Origin: an uncultured Lachnospiraceae bacterium
Lineage (GTDB): Bacteria > Bacillota > Clostridia > Christensenellales > UBA1242
Assembly (NCBI GenBank): GCA_964600435.1
Contig: CAZRJB010000007.1
Span: 278 to 64,277 of the forward strand
Length of the DNA: 64,000 nucleotides
Reading direction: 5' to 3'
The notes beneath the pieces are model-generated. The model worked only from the letters and a program-made list of their open reading frames with translations. It was not told the DNA's origin and did no database searches. A program made the translations under genes and the position numbers. This document shows positions 45,737 to 53,613 of this stretch, one piece after another (the first letter of the stretch is position 1; each line of letters starts with the position of its first letter).

Positions 45737-45944
45737 TTTTTTTGAAATCCTTTTTTGTAAATATATTGTAAACGATTTTGTTATTTTTTACAATATATTT
45801 ACACAAATTGCATAATTAATTATGCTTGCGAATAAAATATAAATTTTCATGCATAAATATTTTTCACATATGCCATTCTCAAACCCACACTTATCACCAT
45901 ATTTTAAAAAATAAACTCACCTAAAATAAAGGATTTTGCGAGAT

Positions 45945-46213
45945 TGTTGATAAGTTATCCACATTTCCACATGTTAATATTTAATCATTTTAATTAATAA
46001 TTATTCATTTTTTATGCAAAACCGCCGTTTTGTGGATAAAAGTGGAAAAGTTATCCACATTTCCACATAAAAAATTTAAACTTTTTTAAAATAGTATTGT
46101 ATTTTAGTTGACAACACAATATCTTGTGTTTTTTGTCTAACAATCAAACATTTTGTCGAAAGCGTACCATCAACCAAACCAAAACATTGCCCTTTGCAAA
46201 AGTTTTTTTCCAC
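45945..46213. promoter_or_regulatory. DnaA-box cluster
   Basis: Perfect boxes TTATCCACA at 45955 and 46051 and TGTGGATAA at 46031; near-matches at 45945, 45963, 46041, 46059 and 46205. Confidence 0.85.
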
Positions 46214-46223
46214 AAAAACCATA

Positions 46224-46925
46224 CTAAACTAAAGGTTTAAGCCGTGGCAAGTTTTTGCCCCTAGGATATTTTGCTGGTGTTGGACTTGTTTTAACAATAA
46301 CAACATTTTCCCTGTTTGAATCAATTTCTTCAATAAACACTTTTTGAATGTTTAAAACTGTGCCACCCAAAGTTTTTATTGCATAAGCCGCCTCTTTTAG
46401 TTCTTCAGACAAATTGCTCCCCTTTAAGGCAATAAACTTTCCACCAGTTTTAACAAAAGGCAAACAATATTCAGAAAGCGTTGTCAAATTTGCAACCGCC
46501 CTTGCAACACACACGTCAAAGCTTTCTCGCTTTAAACCAGCATAGTCCTCTGCCCTTGCATGAACTGCAGATATGTTTTTTAAGCCTAACGTTTGAACAA
46601 CATCATTTAAAAAGTTAACTCTTTTGTTCAAACTATCTAGCATAACAACTTTCACATCATCTCTTAAAATTTTTATTGGAACACTAGGAAATCCTGCACC
46701 CGCCCCAACATCAATCATTGTTGCATTTTTTGGGATGTTGACAATTGGCAAAACACTGTCCAAAAAGTGTTTAACCGCAAAATCAAATTTTTCGGTTATT
46801 GCCGTCAAATTAAACTTTTCGTTTGCAACAATAACCATTTCATAATATTTTGCAAGTTTTTCAATTTGCAAATCTGTATGTTCAATTGAATATTTTTTAA
46901 ACAAATTTTTTAACAAATTTTGCAT
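46224..46925 (-). CDS. rsmG: 16S rRNA m7G527 methyltransferase
   Basis: NLTAITE, KHFLDS, DVGAGAGFPS, DSLNKRVNFL, ARAVA, YPR. Confidence 0.97.
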   Translation of the reverse strand: MQNLLKNLFKKYSIEHTDLQIEKLAKYYEMVIVANEKFNLTAITEKFDFAVKHFLDSVLPIVNIPKNATMIDVGAGAGFPSVPIKILRDDVKVVMLDSLNKRVNFLNDVVQTLGLKNISAVHARAEDYAGLKRESFDVCVARAVANLTTLSEYCLPFVKTGGKFIALKGSNLSEELKEAAYAIKTLGGTVLNIQKVFIEEIDSNRENVVIVKTSPTPAKYPRGKNLPRLKPLV

Positions 46926-46940
46926 AACTATATCCTTTTA

Positions 46941-48812
46941 CTATAAAGATTTTAAATATATTATAAGCACGGAAACATCAGCAGGGCTAACCCCAGAAAT
47001 TCTTGATGCCTGCCCAACATTTAATGGCCTTATTTTGTTAAGTTTTTCTCTTGCTTCCATTCTGAGCCCTTTAAGTTGCATATAGTCCAAATCTTCCGGT
47101 ATTTTTATGGATTCTTGCTTTAACAATTTTGCAATATCTTCGTCTTCTTGAGCAATATATCCTTCGTATTTTACTTCAGTGTTAACATATTCTAAAACAC
47201 GTTTAGAAAAGCCGTCAAAAAAGTGATAATAATTGTTAACATCAAAAATTGAAATATTGCTTCGTTTTATTGCCTTTTGAACAGTCATTCCTGCAGTTGG
47301 TTCAGATTCTTTACACTTTTCAAACATTTCCTTTAAAGTGCTATCAAGTTTTAATTTGTTGTTTAAAATTAACTTAGCCTTGTTAACTTGTTCTTGTTTT
47401 TCTAAAAACTTTTTATATCTTTCTTGACCAACCAGCCCAACCCTTTTGCCAATTTCTGTCAATCTAACATCGGCATTATCTTGCCTTAAAACCAACCTAT
47501 ATTCTGCGCGAGAAGTCATCATTCTATAAGGTTCGTTTGTGCCTTTTGTAACCAAATCATCAATTAAAACACCAATATATGCTTCGTTACGCTTTAAAAC
47601 CAATTGTTCTTTGTTTTCTAGCATTAATCCCGCATTAATGCCAGCAATAATGCCTTGTGCAGCCGCTTCTTCGTAGCCACTTGTGCCGTTAACCTGCCCT
47701 GCAAAAAACAAATTTTTAACAAACTTGCTTTCAAGTGTTGGTTTAAGCTCGGTTGCATCAATTGCATCATATTCAATTGCATAAGCATCTCGCATAATCA
47801 TTGAATTTTCTAAACCTTTAATGCTTAAATACATTTGTTTTTGAACGTCAACAGGCAAAGATGTTGAAACACCTTGAACATAAAATTCGTTTGTGTTTAA
47901 GCCCTCCGGTTCCAAAAACAACTGATGCCTATCCTTATCTGCAAATCGAACAATTTTGCTTTCTATGCTAGGGCAATAGCGTGGCCCAACTGAGGAAATT
48001 TCGCCATTAAACATTGGTGCTCTTGTTAAATTATCTAAAATTATTTTGTGAGTGTTCAAATTTGTGTATGTTAAAAAACAACTAGTTTTGTTTTTTGGTG
48101 TTGAATCCGTTAAAAAACTAAAACTTTGAATTTCACAATCACCCTTTTGTTCTTCCATTTGAGAAAAATCAATTGTTCTGCCATTTAGCCTTGCTGGAGT
48201 TCCAGTTTTAAATCGCAAAATTGTATGCCCCAAAGCACTAATGCTGTCGGTTAAGTTTTCTGAACGAGAAAAACCATTTGGACCAACATTTTTGCTGTAT
48301 TCTCCAATAATAATTCGACTCTTTAAATAAACCCCCGTGGCAACAACAACCGCTTTTGCAAAAAACATTTCTCCTTGTTCGGTTAAAACACCTTTAACCA
48401 TATTGTTTTCAACAATAATTTGTTTTGCTTCCGCCTGTTTTATAAACACATTTGGTTCATCTTCTAAAACCTTTTTCATGCGGTTGTGATATTCTTGCTT
48501 GTCAACTTGTGCTCTTAAAGAATAAACAGCCGGACCTTTGCCAGCATTTAGCATTCTAATTTGAATGCTTGTAGCATCTGTGTTAACCCCCATTTCGCCA
48601 CCAAGGGCATCAATCTCGCACACCAAATGCCCTTTTGCAGTTCCCCCAATTGACGGATTGCATGCCAAAAAAGCTATAGCGTCCAACGATATAGTTAACA
48701 AAAGAGTTTTATGACCTTTTCTTGCAAGAGCCAAACAAGCTTCACAGCCCGCATGCCCCGAACCAATAACAATGGTATCAAATTTTTCATTATTCAATTT
48801 TGCATTCTCCAT
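46941..48812 (-). CDS. mnmG: tRNA uridine-5-carboxymethylaminomethyl synthesis enzyme MnmG (GidA)
   Basis: GSGHAGCEA, CNPSIGG, RFKTGTP, GPRYCPSIE, AGQVNGTSGYEEAAAQG; start is ATG 48812 or TTG 48797. Confidence 0.98.
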   Translation of the reverse strand: MENAKLNNEKFDTIVIGSGHAGCEACLALARKGHKTLLLTISLDAIAFLACNPSIGGTAKGHLVCEIDALGGEMGVNTDATSIQIRMLNAGKGPAVYSLRAQVDKQEYHNRMKKVLEDEPNVFIKQAEAKQIIVENNMVKGVLTEQGEMFFAKAVVVATGVYLKSRIIIGEYSKNVGPNGFSRSENLTDSISALGHTILRFKTGTPARLNGRTIDFSQMEEQKGDCEIQSFSFLTDSTPKNKTSCFLTYTNLNTHKIILDNLTRAPMFNGEISSVGPRYCPSIESKIVRFADKDRHQLFLEPEGLNTNEFYVQGVSTSLPVDVQKQMYLSIKGLENSMIMRDAYAIEYDAIDATELKPTLESKFVKNLFFAGQVNGTSGYEEAAAQGIIAGINAGLMLENKEQLVLKRNEAYIGVLIDDLVTKGTNEPYRMMTSRAEYRLVLRQDNADVRLTEIGKRVGLVGQERYKKFLEKQEQVNKAKLILNNKLKLDSTLKEMFEKCKESEPTAGMTVQKAIKRSNISIFDVNNYYHFFDGFSKRVLEYVNTEVKYEGYIAQEDEDIAKLLKQESIKIPEDLDYMQLKGLRMEAREKLNKIRPLNVGQASRISGVSPADVSVLIIYLKSL

Positions 48813-48927
48813 AACATTAAAAAAGTATATCACAATAAATATACTTTTTTCAAGTGCAATAACTTAATTATTTAGATTGCTTAAAAAAAGCACCCAAATT
48901 TTTGTTTGAATGCTTATTGTTTAAAGT

Positions 48928-49320
48928 TTATTGTTTAATGTCATCCAATTCACTTTCAAATCTTGAATTTGCTGCTTTAATGCTGTTAAGAACTTTACGA
49001 CTTTCTTTTTGAATATCTTTTTCCAGCATTTCATAAACCTCTGAACCTTTTTTTGAAAAATATAAAACATATTCCATGGTTCTTGCATGTCCAACCCCAG
49101 CATTATCGTGTTTTGTAACGATTTCTTTTATTTGTTCAATAGGCACATTTTTATCTATTGCTTCCATAACCTCTAATGCAGCCTCAACGCAAGCCCCCAG
49201 AAGACGACTTGCCATACCTGTACTCACAACTTTCTCCCAATCTTTGTTTCTTTGTGGGTAAATTAATTTTTTGCCTCTTTCTAGCCATGCAGAACTTTTT
49301 TCATCATTTATTATATCCAT
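48928..49320 (-). CDS. Hypothetical protein
   Basis: 130-aa ORF with GGAGG RBS and a TTGACT...TAATAT promoter-like sequence. Confidence 0.7.
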   Translation of the reverse strand: MDIINDEKSSAWLERGKKLIYPQRNKDWEKVVSTGMASRLLGACVEAALEVMEAIDKNVPIEQIKEIVTKHDNAGVGHARTMEYVLYFSKKGSEVYEMLEKDIQKESRKVLNSIKAANSRFESELDDIKQ

Positions 49321-49400
49321 AAAAACCTCCGTCAGTTTTTAACTTACGTAATAAATATTATCACAACATAATCATAAAGTCAATGCCAAAGAAAACAATT

Positions 49401-50900
49401 TCAAAACAACGGAACATCCATGCTTTCTGGAATTTGCAAGTTTAGCAACTTTAACACAGTTGGAGCAATGTTTGCTAGTTTGCCATTTTTAATCAATTTT
49501 TTGTTTTTATACCTTTCTGAACATAAAATAACCGGAACTTTGTTTGTTGTGTGTGAAGTGCAAACTTTTCCACCTTCATCCATCATTTTTTCCGCATTGC
49601 CATGGTCGGCGGTAACAATGCAATCTCCACCCACAGCAAGCGTTGTGCCAACAATTTTTTTAACACATTCGTCCACAACCTCCACCGCTTTAATTGTCGC
49701 ATTTAAGTTGCCCGTGTGGCCAATCATGTCCGCATTAGACAAGTTTACCAAAACAAAATCATATTTTTTTGATTTGAGTGCTTTAATCACTTCGGTTGTT
49801 ATTTCAAACGCTTTCATTTCTGGAACACTAGCAAAAGACAAAACATTTGCGCTTTCAATAAGTTTGCGTGTTTCACCTTTGTTTGGTTTTTCTATTCCAC
49901 CATTAAAAAAGAATGTAACATGAGCATATTTTGTTGTTTCAGAAATGTGAAACTGAGTTAAGTTTGCATCAGAAATAATTTTGCTTAAATTGTTTTCAAT
50001 TTTTTCTGGCGGAAATGCAACATCCACATTTTTAAAACTTTCATCATATTCAGTAAAACAAGTAAATTTTAAGTTGCATATTTTTTTGCGTGAAAATTCT
50101 TTAAAATTGTCTTGTGTAAAGGCTTGGGTTAATTCCCTTGCTCTATCTGTCCTAAAGTTGAAAAAAATAACGCTATCGTTGTTTGAAATCGGTTTAAAAT
50201 CTTTAAGTTTTGTTGGAAGAACAAACTCGTCATATATGTTGTTATTATAACTGTTTTCAAGTGCTTTGATTGCGAAAAGCGTTCCTGCGTTTAACGATGT
50301 TAGCATGTTATACACCTGCTCAATTCGGTCAAAGCGTTTTTCTCTATCCATTGCATAAACTCTGCCACACAAAGAAGCAATTTGAATGTTTTTGTTAGAA
50401 GTGTATTTTTCAATGTCTTCAACAAATCCCAAACCGCTATCCACATGAGTATCTCTGCCATCCAAGAACAAATGCAAAACCACTTTTTTTAAGTTTGCTT
50501 TATCAACCAAATCAATTAAAGCTTCAAGATGTTCAATATGCGAATGAACACCGCCATTTGAACAAAGGCCCATAATGTGCAAAGTGCTGTTAAATTTGCG
50601 AGCATGTTCAATTGCAGAAAGCAATGCCCTGTTTTGAAAAAATGTTCCATTTTTAATTGAATTGCTAATTCTTGTTAAATCTTGAAAAACAACTCTTCCT
50701 GCCCCAAGGTTCAAATGCCCCACTTCGCTATTGCCCATTTGCCCATCACAAAGCCCAACATCTTGCCCGCTTGCAGAAATTGTTGTGTAAGGAAATTGTT
50801 TTTTTAGCAAATTTAAATTTGGAACACCTTGAATTTTAACAGCATTAGCCTTTTTTTTAGAACTAATTCCAAGCCCATCCATAATTACCAATGTAACCAT
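49401..50900 (-). CDS. gpmI: 2,3-bisphosphoglycerate-independent phosphoglycerate mutase
   Basis: GQMGNSEVGH, DGRDT, NFRTDRAR, KYAHVTFFFNGG, TADHGNAE. Confidence 0.97.
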   Translation of the reverse strand: MVTLVIMDGLGISSKKKANAVKIQGVPNLNLLKKQFPYTTISASGQDVGLCDGQMGNSEVGHLNLGAGRVVFQDLTRISNSIKNGTFFQNRALLSAIEHARKFNSTLHIMGLCSNGGVHSHIEHLEALIDLVDKANLKKVVLHLFLDGRDTHVDSGLGFVEDIEKYTSNKNIQIASLCGRVYAMDREKRFDRIEQVYNMLTSLNAGTLFAIKALENSYNNNIYDEFVLPTKLKDFKPISNNDSVIFFNFRTDRARELTQAFTQDNFKEFSRKKICNLKFTCFTEYDESFKNVDVAFPPEKIENNLSKIISDANLTQFHISETTKYAHVTFFFNGGIEKPNKGETRKLIESANVLSFASVPEMKAFEITTEVIKALKSKKYDFVLVNLSNADMIGHTGNLNATIKAVEVVDECVKKIVGTTLAVGGDCIVTADHGNAEKMMDEGGKVCTSHTTNKVPVILCSERYKNKKLIKNGKLANIAPTVLKLLNLQIPESMDVPLF

Positions 50901-50997
50901 AAAAAATATTCCTTTTAAAAAACTCTTTCAAAAATATTATTGTTTTTTTGTTGTAAAAAATCAAGCATTTTTTATAACTTTGTGATATACTTTTTGC

Positions 50998-51723
50998 ATG
51001 AAAAGATTAGATGTGTTGCTGTTTAAAAAAAAATTGTTTCCAACAAGAGAAAAAGCAAAAGAAGCAGTTGTTTCTGGAATTGTTTGTGTAAATGAAAAAA
51101 TTGTTTCCAAACCGGGCGAAAAATTTGACGATAATGCAAAAATCTCCATCGTTGGCGAAAAATTAAAATATGTTTCAAGAGCAGGTTTAAAATTAGAAAA
51201 AGCCAGTCAGGTTTTTAATTTGGACTTTAAAAACAAGTGTGTTTTGGATGTTGGAGCATCAACTGGCGGATTTTCTGATTTTGCTTTGCAAAATGGTGCA
51301 AAAAAAGTGTTTGCCGTTGATGTTGGAACAAATCAATTAAACGAAAAAATTAAAAATAATCCAAAAGTTATAAACTTAGAAAAAACCGATTTTAGAAATC
51401 TTGAACCCCTACCAGAAAAAATTGATATTGCTGTCTGCGATTGTTCTTTTATTTCTTTAAAACTGCTAGTTCCAAAGTTTAACCAAGTTTTAACCAAAAA
51501 CACACCTCTTATTGTTTTGGTTAAACCTCAATTTGAGTGTGGAATTGAAATTGCAAAAAAGACTCATGGAGTAATAAAAAATCGGTTATTGCAAGAATCC
51601 ATTTTGCAAGATGTTGTTGCATTTTTTGAAAACAACAATTTTACACTTGTTGGCTCGTGTGAGTCGCCAATTTTGGGTACTGCCGGAAACAGAGAGTTTT
51701 TAGCATGTTTTATAAAAAAATAA
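50998..51723 (+). CDS. tlyA: TlyA-family rRNA 2'-O-methyltransferase
   Basis: S4 domain, YVSRAGLKL, DVGASTGGF, SFISL, LVKPQFE, GNREF. Confidence 0.95.
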   Translation: MKRLDVLLFKKKLFPTREKAKEAVVSGIVCVNEKIVSKPGEKFDDNAKISIVGEKLKYVSRAGLKLEKASQVFNLDFKNKCVLDVGASTGGFSDFALQNGAKKVFAVDVGTNQLNEKIKNNPKVINLEKTDFRNLEPLPEKIDIAVCDCSFISLKLLVPKFNQVLTKNTPLIVLVKPQFECGIEIAKKTHGVIKNRLLQESILQDVVAFFENNNFTLVGSCESPILGTAGNREFLACFIKK

Positions 51724-51793
51724 AAATTGTTTTATCAAAAGTTTTATAACAACAAATAAAGCCGCAACAATTTAAAGGTTAATATAATCAACT

Positions 51794-52144
51794 TTATTTT
51801 ACAACCACGATTGTCATTCCCGCATTAAAGTGGTTTAAGTCTTGCCCGTCATATCCATTTTTTAATGACGTTATAATTTTAAAACATTTTGGATTTTCTA
51901 AATTCCAATCTTCTCCAAAAATGTAGTCTTTTATTATTCTTTGTTTTTTTAAAGAAACAAGCCTTTCTCTAACCGCTTGACAAATTGCTCCGCCAAAACC
52001 ACTGCTGCCATAGCCATGAATAAACTTTATGGCTTTAACACCACTAACCTTCGCAAGTTCAATTTCCAACTCCATGTTGCAAAGTGCAATATCAACCGGA
52101 GGCATATCTTGTTTTAAGTTTACTTCAATCAAATCTAAATCCAT
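51794..52144 (-). CDS. Stand-alone Smr/MutS2 C-terminal domain protein
   Basis: IKFIHGYGSSGFGG and NAGMTIV motifs; start at ATG 52144 fits the promoter. Confidence 0.85.
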   Translation of the reverse strand: MDLDLIEVNLKQDMPPVDIALCNMELEIELAKVSGVKAIKFIHGYGSSGFGGAICQAVRERLVSLKKQRIIKDYIFGEDWNLENPKCFKIITSLKNGYDGQDLNHFNAGMTIVVVK

Positions 52145-52150
52145 GCAAAC

Positions 52151-52179
52151 ATTATACACCTTTTTTGTTAAGATTGCAA
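52151..52179 (-). promoter_or_regulatory. sigmaA promoter abutting the Smr start codon
   Basis: TTGCAA-17 bp-TATAAT, 6 nt, ATG. Confidence 0.75.
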
Positions 52180-52412
52180 AAAATCAAACTAATATTAATA
52201 ATAATTAATTTATTGTTTTGCTTTAAAAATGTATATTATTTGAGATTAAAAAGAAAAAACTCATTTTTATTCACCTTATTTTTGCATGCCTAAAAAAAAC
52301 ATTCTATTCGATTTATTCTTACATGCCTAAAAAAAGCTTTTTTTATTTTCTTTGTTCTTGTGTTCCTAAAAAAAACCAAACTCACTTTTTTGTGGTTTGG
52401 ATTGTTGATTAA

Positions 52413-52487
52413 TGGTACCCTTAAGCGGAATCGAACCGCTGACTTCGCCGTGAGAGGGCGACGTATTAACCTCTTTACCATAAGGGC
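52413..52487 (-). tRNA. tRNA-Glu (anticodon CTC)
   Basis: GCCCTTA acceptor stem, anticodon arm TCGCC-CTCTCAC-GGCGA, GGTTCGATTCC T-arm, encoded CCA. Confidence 0.96.
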
Positions 52488-52507
52488 AAAACAATTTTTA
52501 CAATGTT

Positions 52508-52536
52508 AGTTTAACATATATAAAAATAAAAATCAA
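52508..52536 (-). promoter_or_regulatory. sigmaA promoter of tRNA-Glu
   Basis: TTGATT-17 bp-TAAACT with extended TG. Confidence 0.6.
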
Positions 52537-52571
52537 GCAATTCGACAAAACTAATGCCTTGGCACGGCACA

Positions 52572-52638
52572 AGAAAAAACGCGCCCATAAGCCGAATGAT
52601 TGCACAAGCAATCTGAGCAAAAGGGCGACGTTTTTTCT
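52572..52638 (-). terminator. Long interrupted hairpin after veg (terminator or palindromic element)
   Basis: AGAAAAAACGCGCCC...GGGCGACGTTTTTTCT enclosing GATTGC-ACAA-GCAATC. Confidence 0.55.
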
Positions 52639-52861
52639 AGTCGATCACCACCAACCCACAAAGAACATCAAAATAAGAAAAGGTTTCTCTAGACTTTTCA
52701 TCTGTCATAAAAGTAAAAACACTTGGATATATGTTTTCAACAAATCCTTGAAGTTTATCAATTTTCTTTCTACCCCTGTTCACACTTAGGTTAACAGAAT
52801 TGCCTTTTAAGTCTGCAATTTTTTGCTTTATTTCGTTTAATGCATTAACGTTTGCTCGCAT
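52637..52861 (-). CDS. veg: Veg family protein
   Basis: NRGRKK...YPSVFT...FSYFDVLCG; GGAGGTG RBS. Confidence 0.9.
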   Translation of the reverse strand: MRANVNALNEIKQKIADLKGNSVNLSVNRGRKKIDKLQGFVENIYPSVFTFMTDEKSRETFSYFDVLCGLVVID

Positions 52862-52913
52862 TTTTTCACCTCCAATTGTGATGATTATTGCCAAAAAAAT
52901 AAAAAATTAAACA

Positions 52914-52941
52914 AAAAAAAGAGCACTTTTTATGTGCTCTT
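52914..52941 (-). terminator. Intrinsic terminator
   Basis: AAGAGCAC-7 nt-GTGCTCTT followed by a T tract on the minus strand. Confidence 0.75.
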
Positions 52942-52962
52942 AAAAATGATTTATTCAAAAAA

Positions 52963-53463
52963 TTATTCATCATCGTCGTCATCAGTGTCGTCAAAATCGT
53001 CATCAAAATCGTCTTCGTCATCCAGTTCATCAGAGAAATCTTCTTCGTCATCAAAATCGTCTTTTTCGTCATCATCGTCAGAAATAACATCTAAGTCATC
53101 ATCTGGAAGTTCAAGGTCGTCATCTAAGTCTAAATCTTTAACACTAGACATGTCACCAATTTCATCATCTTGACTATCGTTATAGTCTTCTTCTCTTTCG
53201 TCACGATTGATATATTCATCCCATTCGCTATCGCCGTCATAGTTTGGGTCATTCATACGTTCTGCATAGCAGTTTGGGCACATTAATTCATCTGGCTGAA
53301 TGTAATTGCTTTTACAAATTGGGCAAAGTTCCAAATCTTCTTCATCAACACTTTCTCCGCCACCAACAAGCATTTCTTGTTTGCAAATGCTACAAAACTT
53401 TTCGTCCTTGGTTATATAATTTAATTCACAGCGAGGACATCTTACATAGGTTACTTTTTTCAT
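52963..53463 (-). CDS. Hypothetical protein with two Cys4 zinc-finger repeats and a long Asp/Glu tail
   Basis: CPRCELNYI...CSIC and CPICKSNYI...CPNC; C-terminal half dominated by D/E; GGGG RBS; TAGACA-17-TATACT promoter. Confidence 0.8.
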   Translation of the reverse strand: MKKVTYVRCPRCELNYITKDEKFCSICKQEMLVGGGESVDEEDLELCPICKSNYIQPDELMCPNCYAERMNDPNYDGDSEWDEYINRDEREEDYNDSQDDEIGDMSSVKDLDLDDDLELPDDDLDVISDDDDEKDDFDDEEDFSDELDDEDDFDDDFDDTDDDDDE

Positions 53464-53613
53464 TTATTCCCCTTTATTGTTATTAAAAAACACACATAGT
53501 ATACATACGATTAATCAAGTTGTCTAGTATTTTTTTAATTTTTCCAAATTTATTTTTTACATATTATATTCAAAAGTTGTCCAACAATTTACAACTGCAA
53601 ATAATTCCGCATG

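Noticed and set aside
45945-46213. Definitive oriC call
   Set aside because: No dnaA/dnaN adjacent, no gene-strand switch and no clear DnaA-trio run; kept only as a DnaA-box cluster.
50998-51723. Haemolysin/virulence call for tlyA
   Set aside because: Motifs support an rRNA methyltransferase; the sequence gives no evidence of cytolytic function.
52280-52375. CRISPR mini-array
   Set aside because: Repeats are short, degenerate and poly-A rich, spacers are under 20 bp, and there are no cas genes.
52934-53173. Poly-serine ORF on the plus strand
   Set aside because: Antisense shadow of the GAT/GAC-rich acidic tail of the real minus-strand gene.
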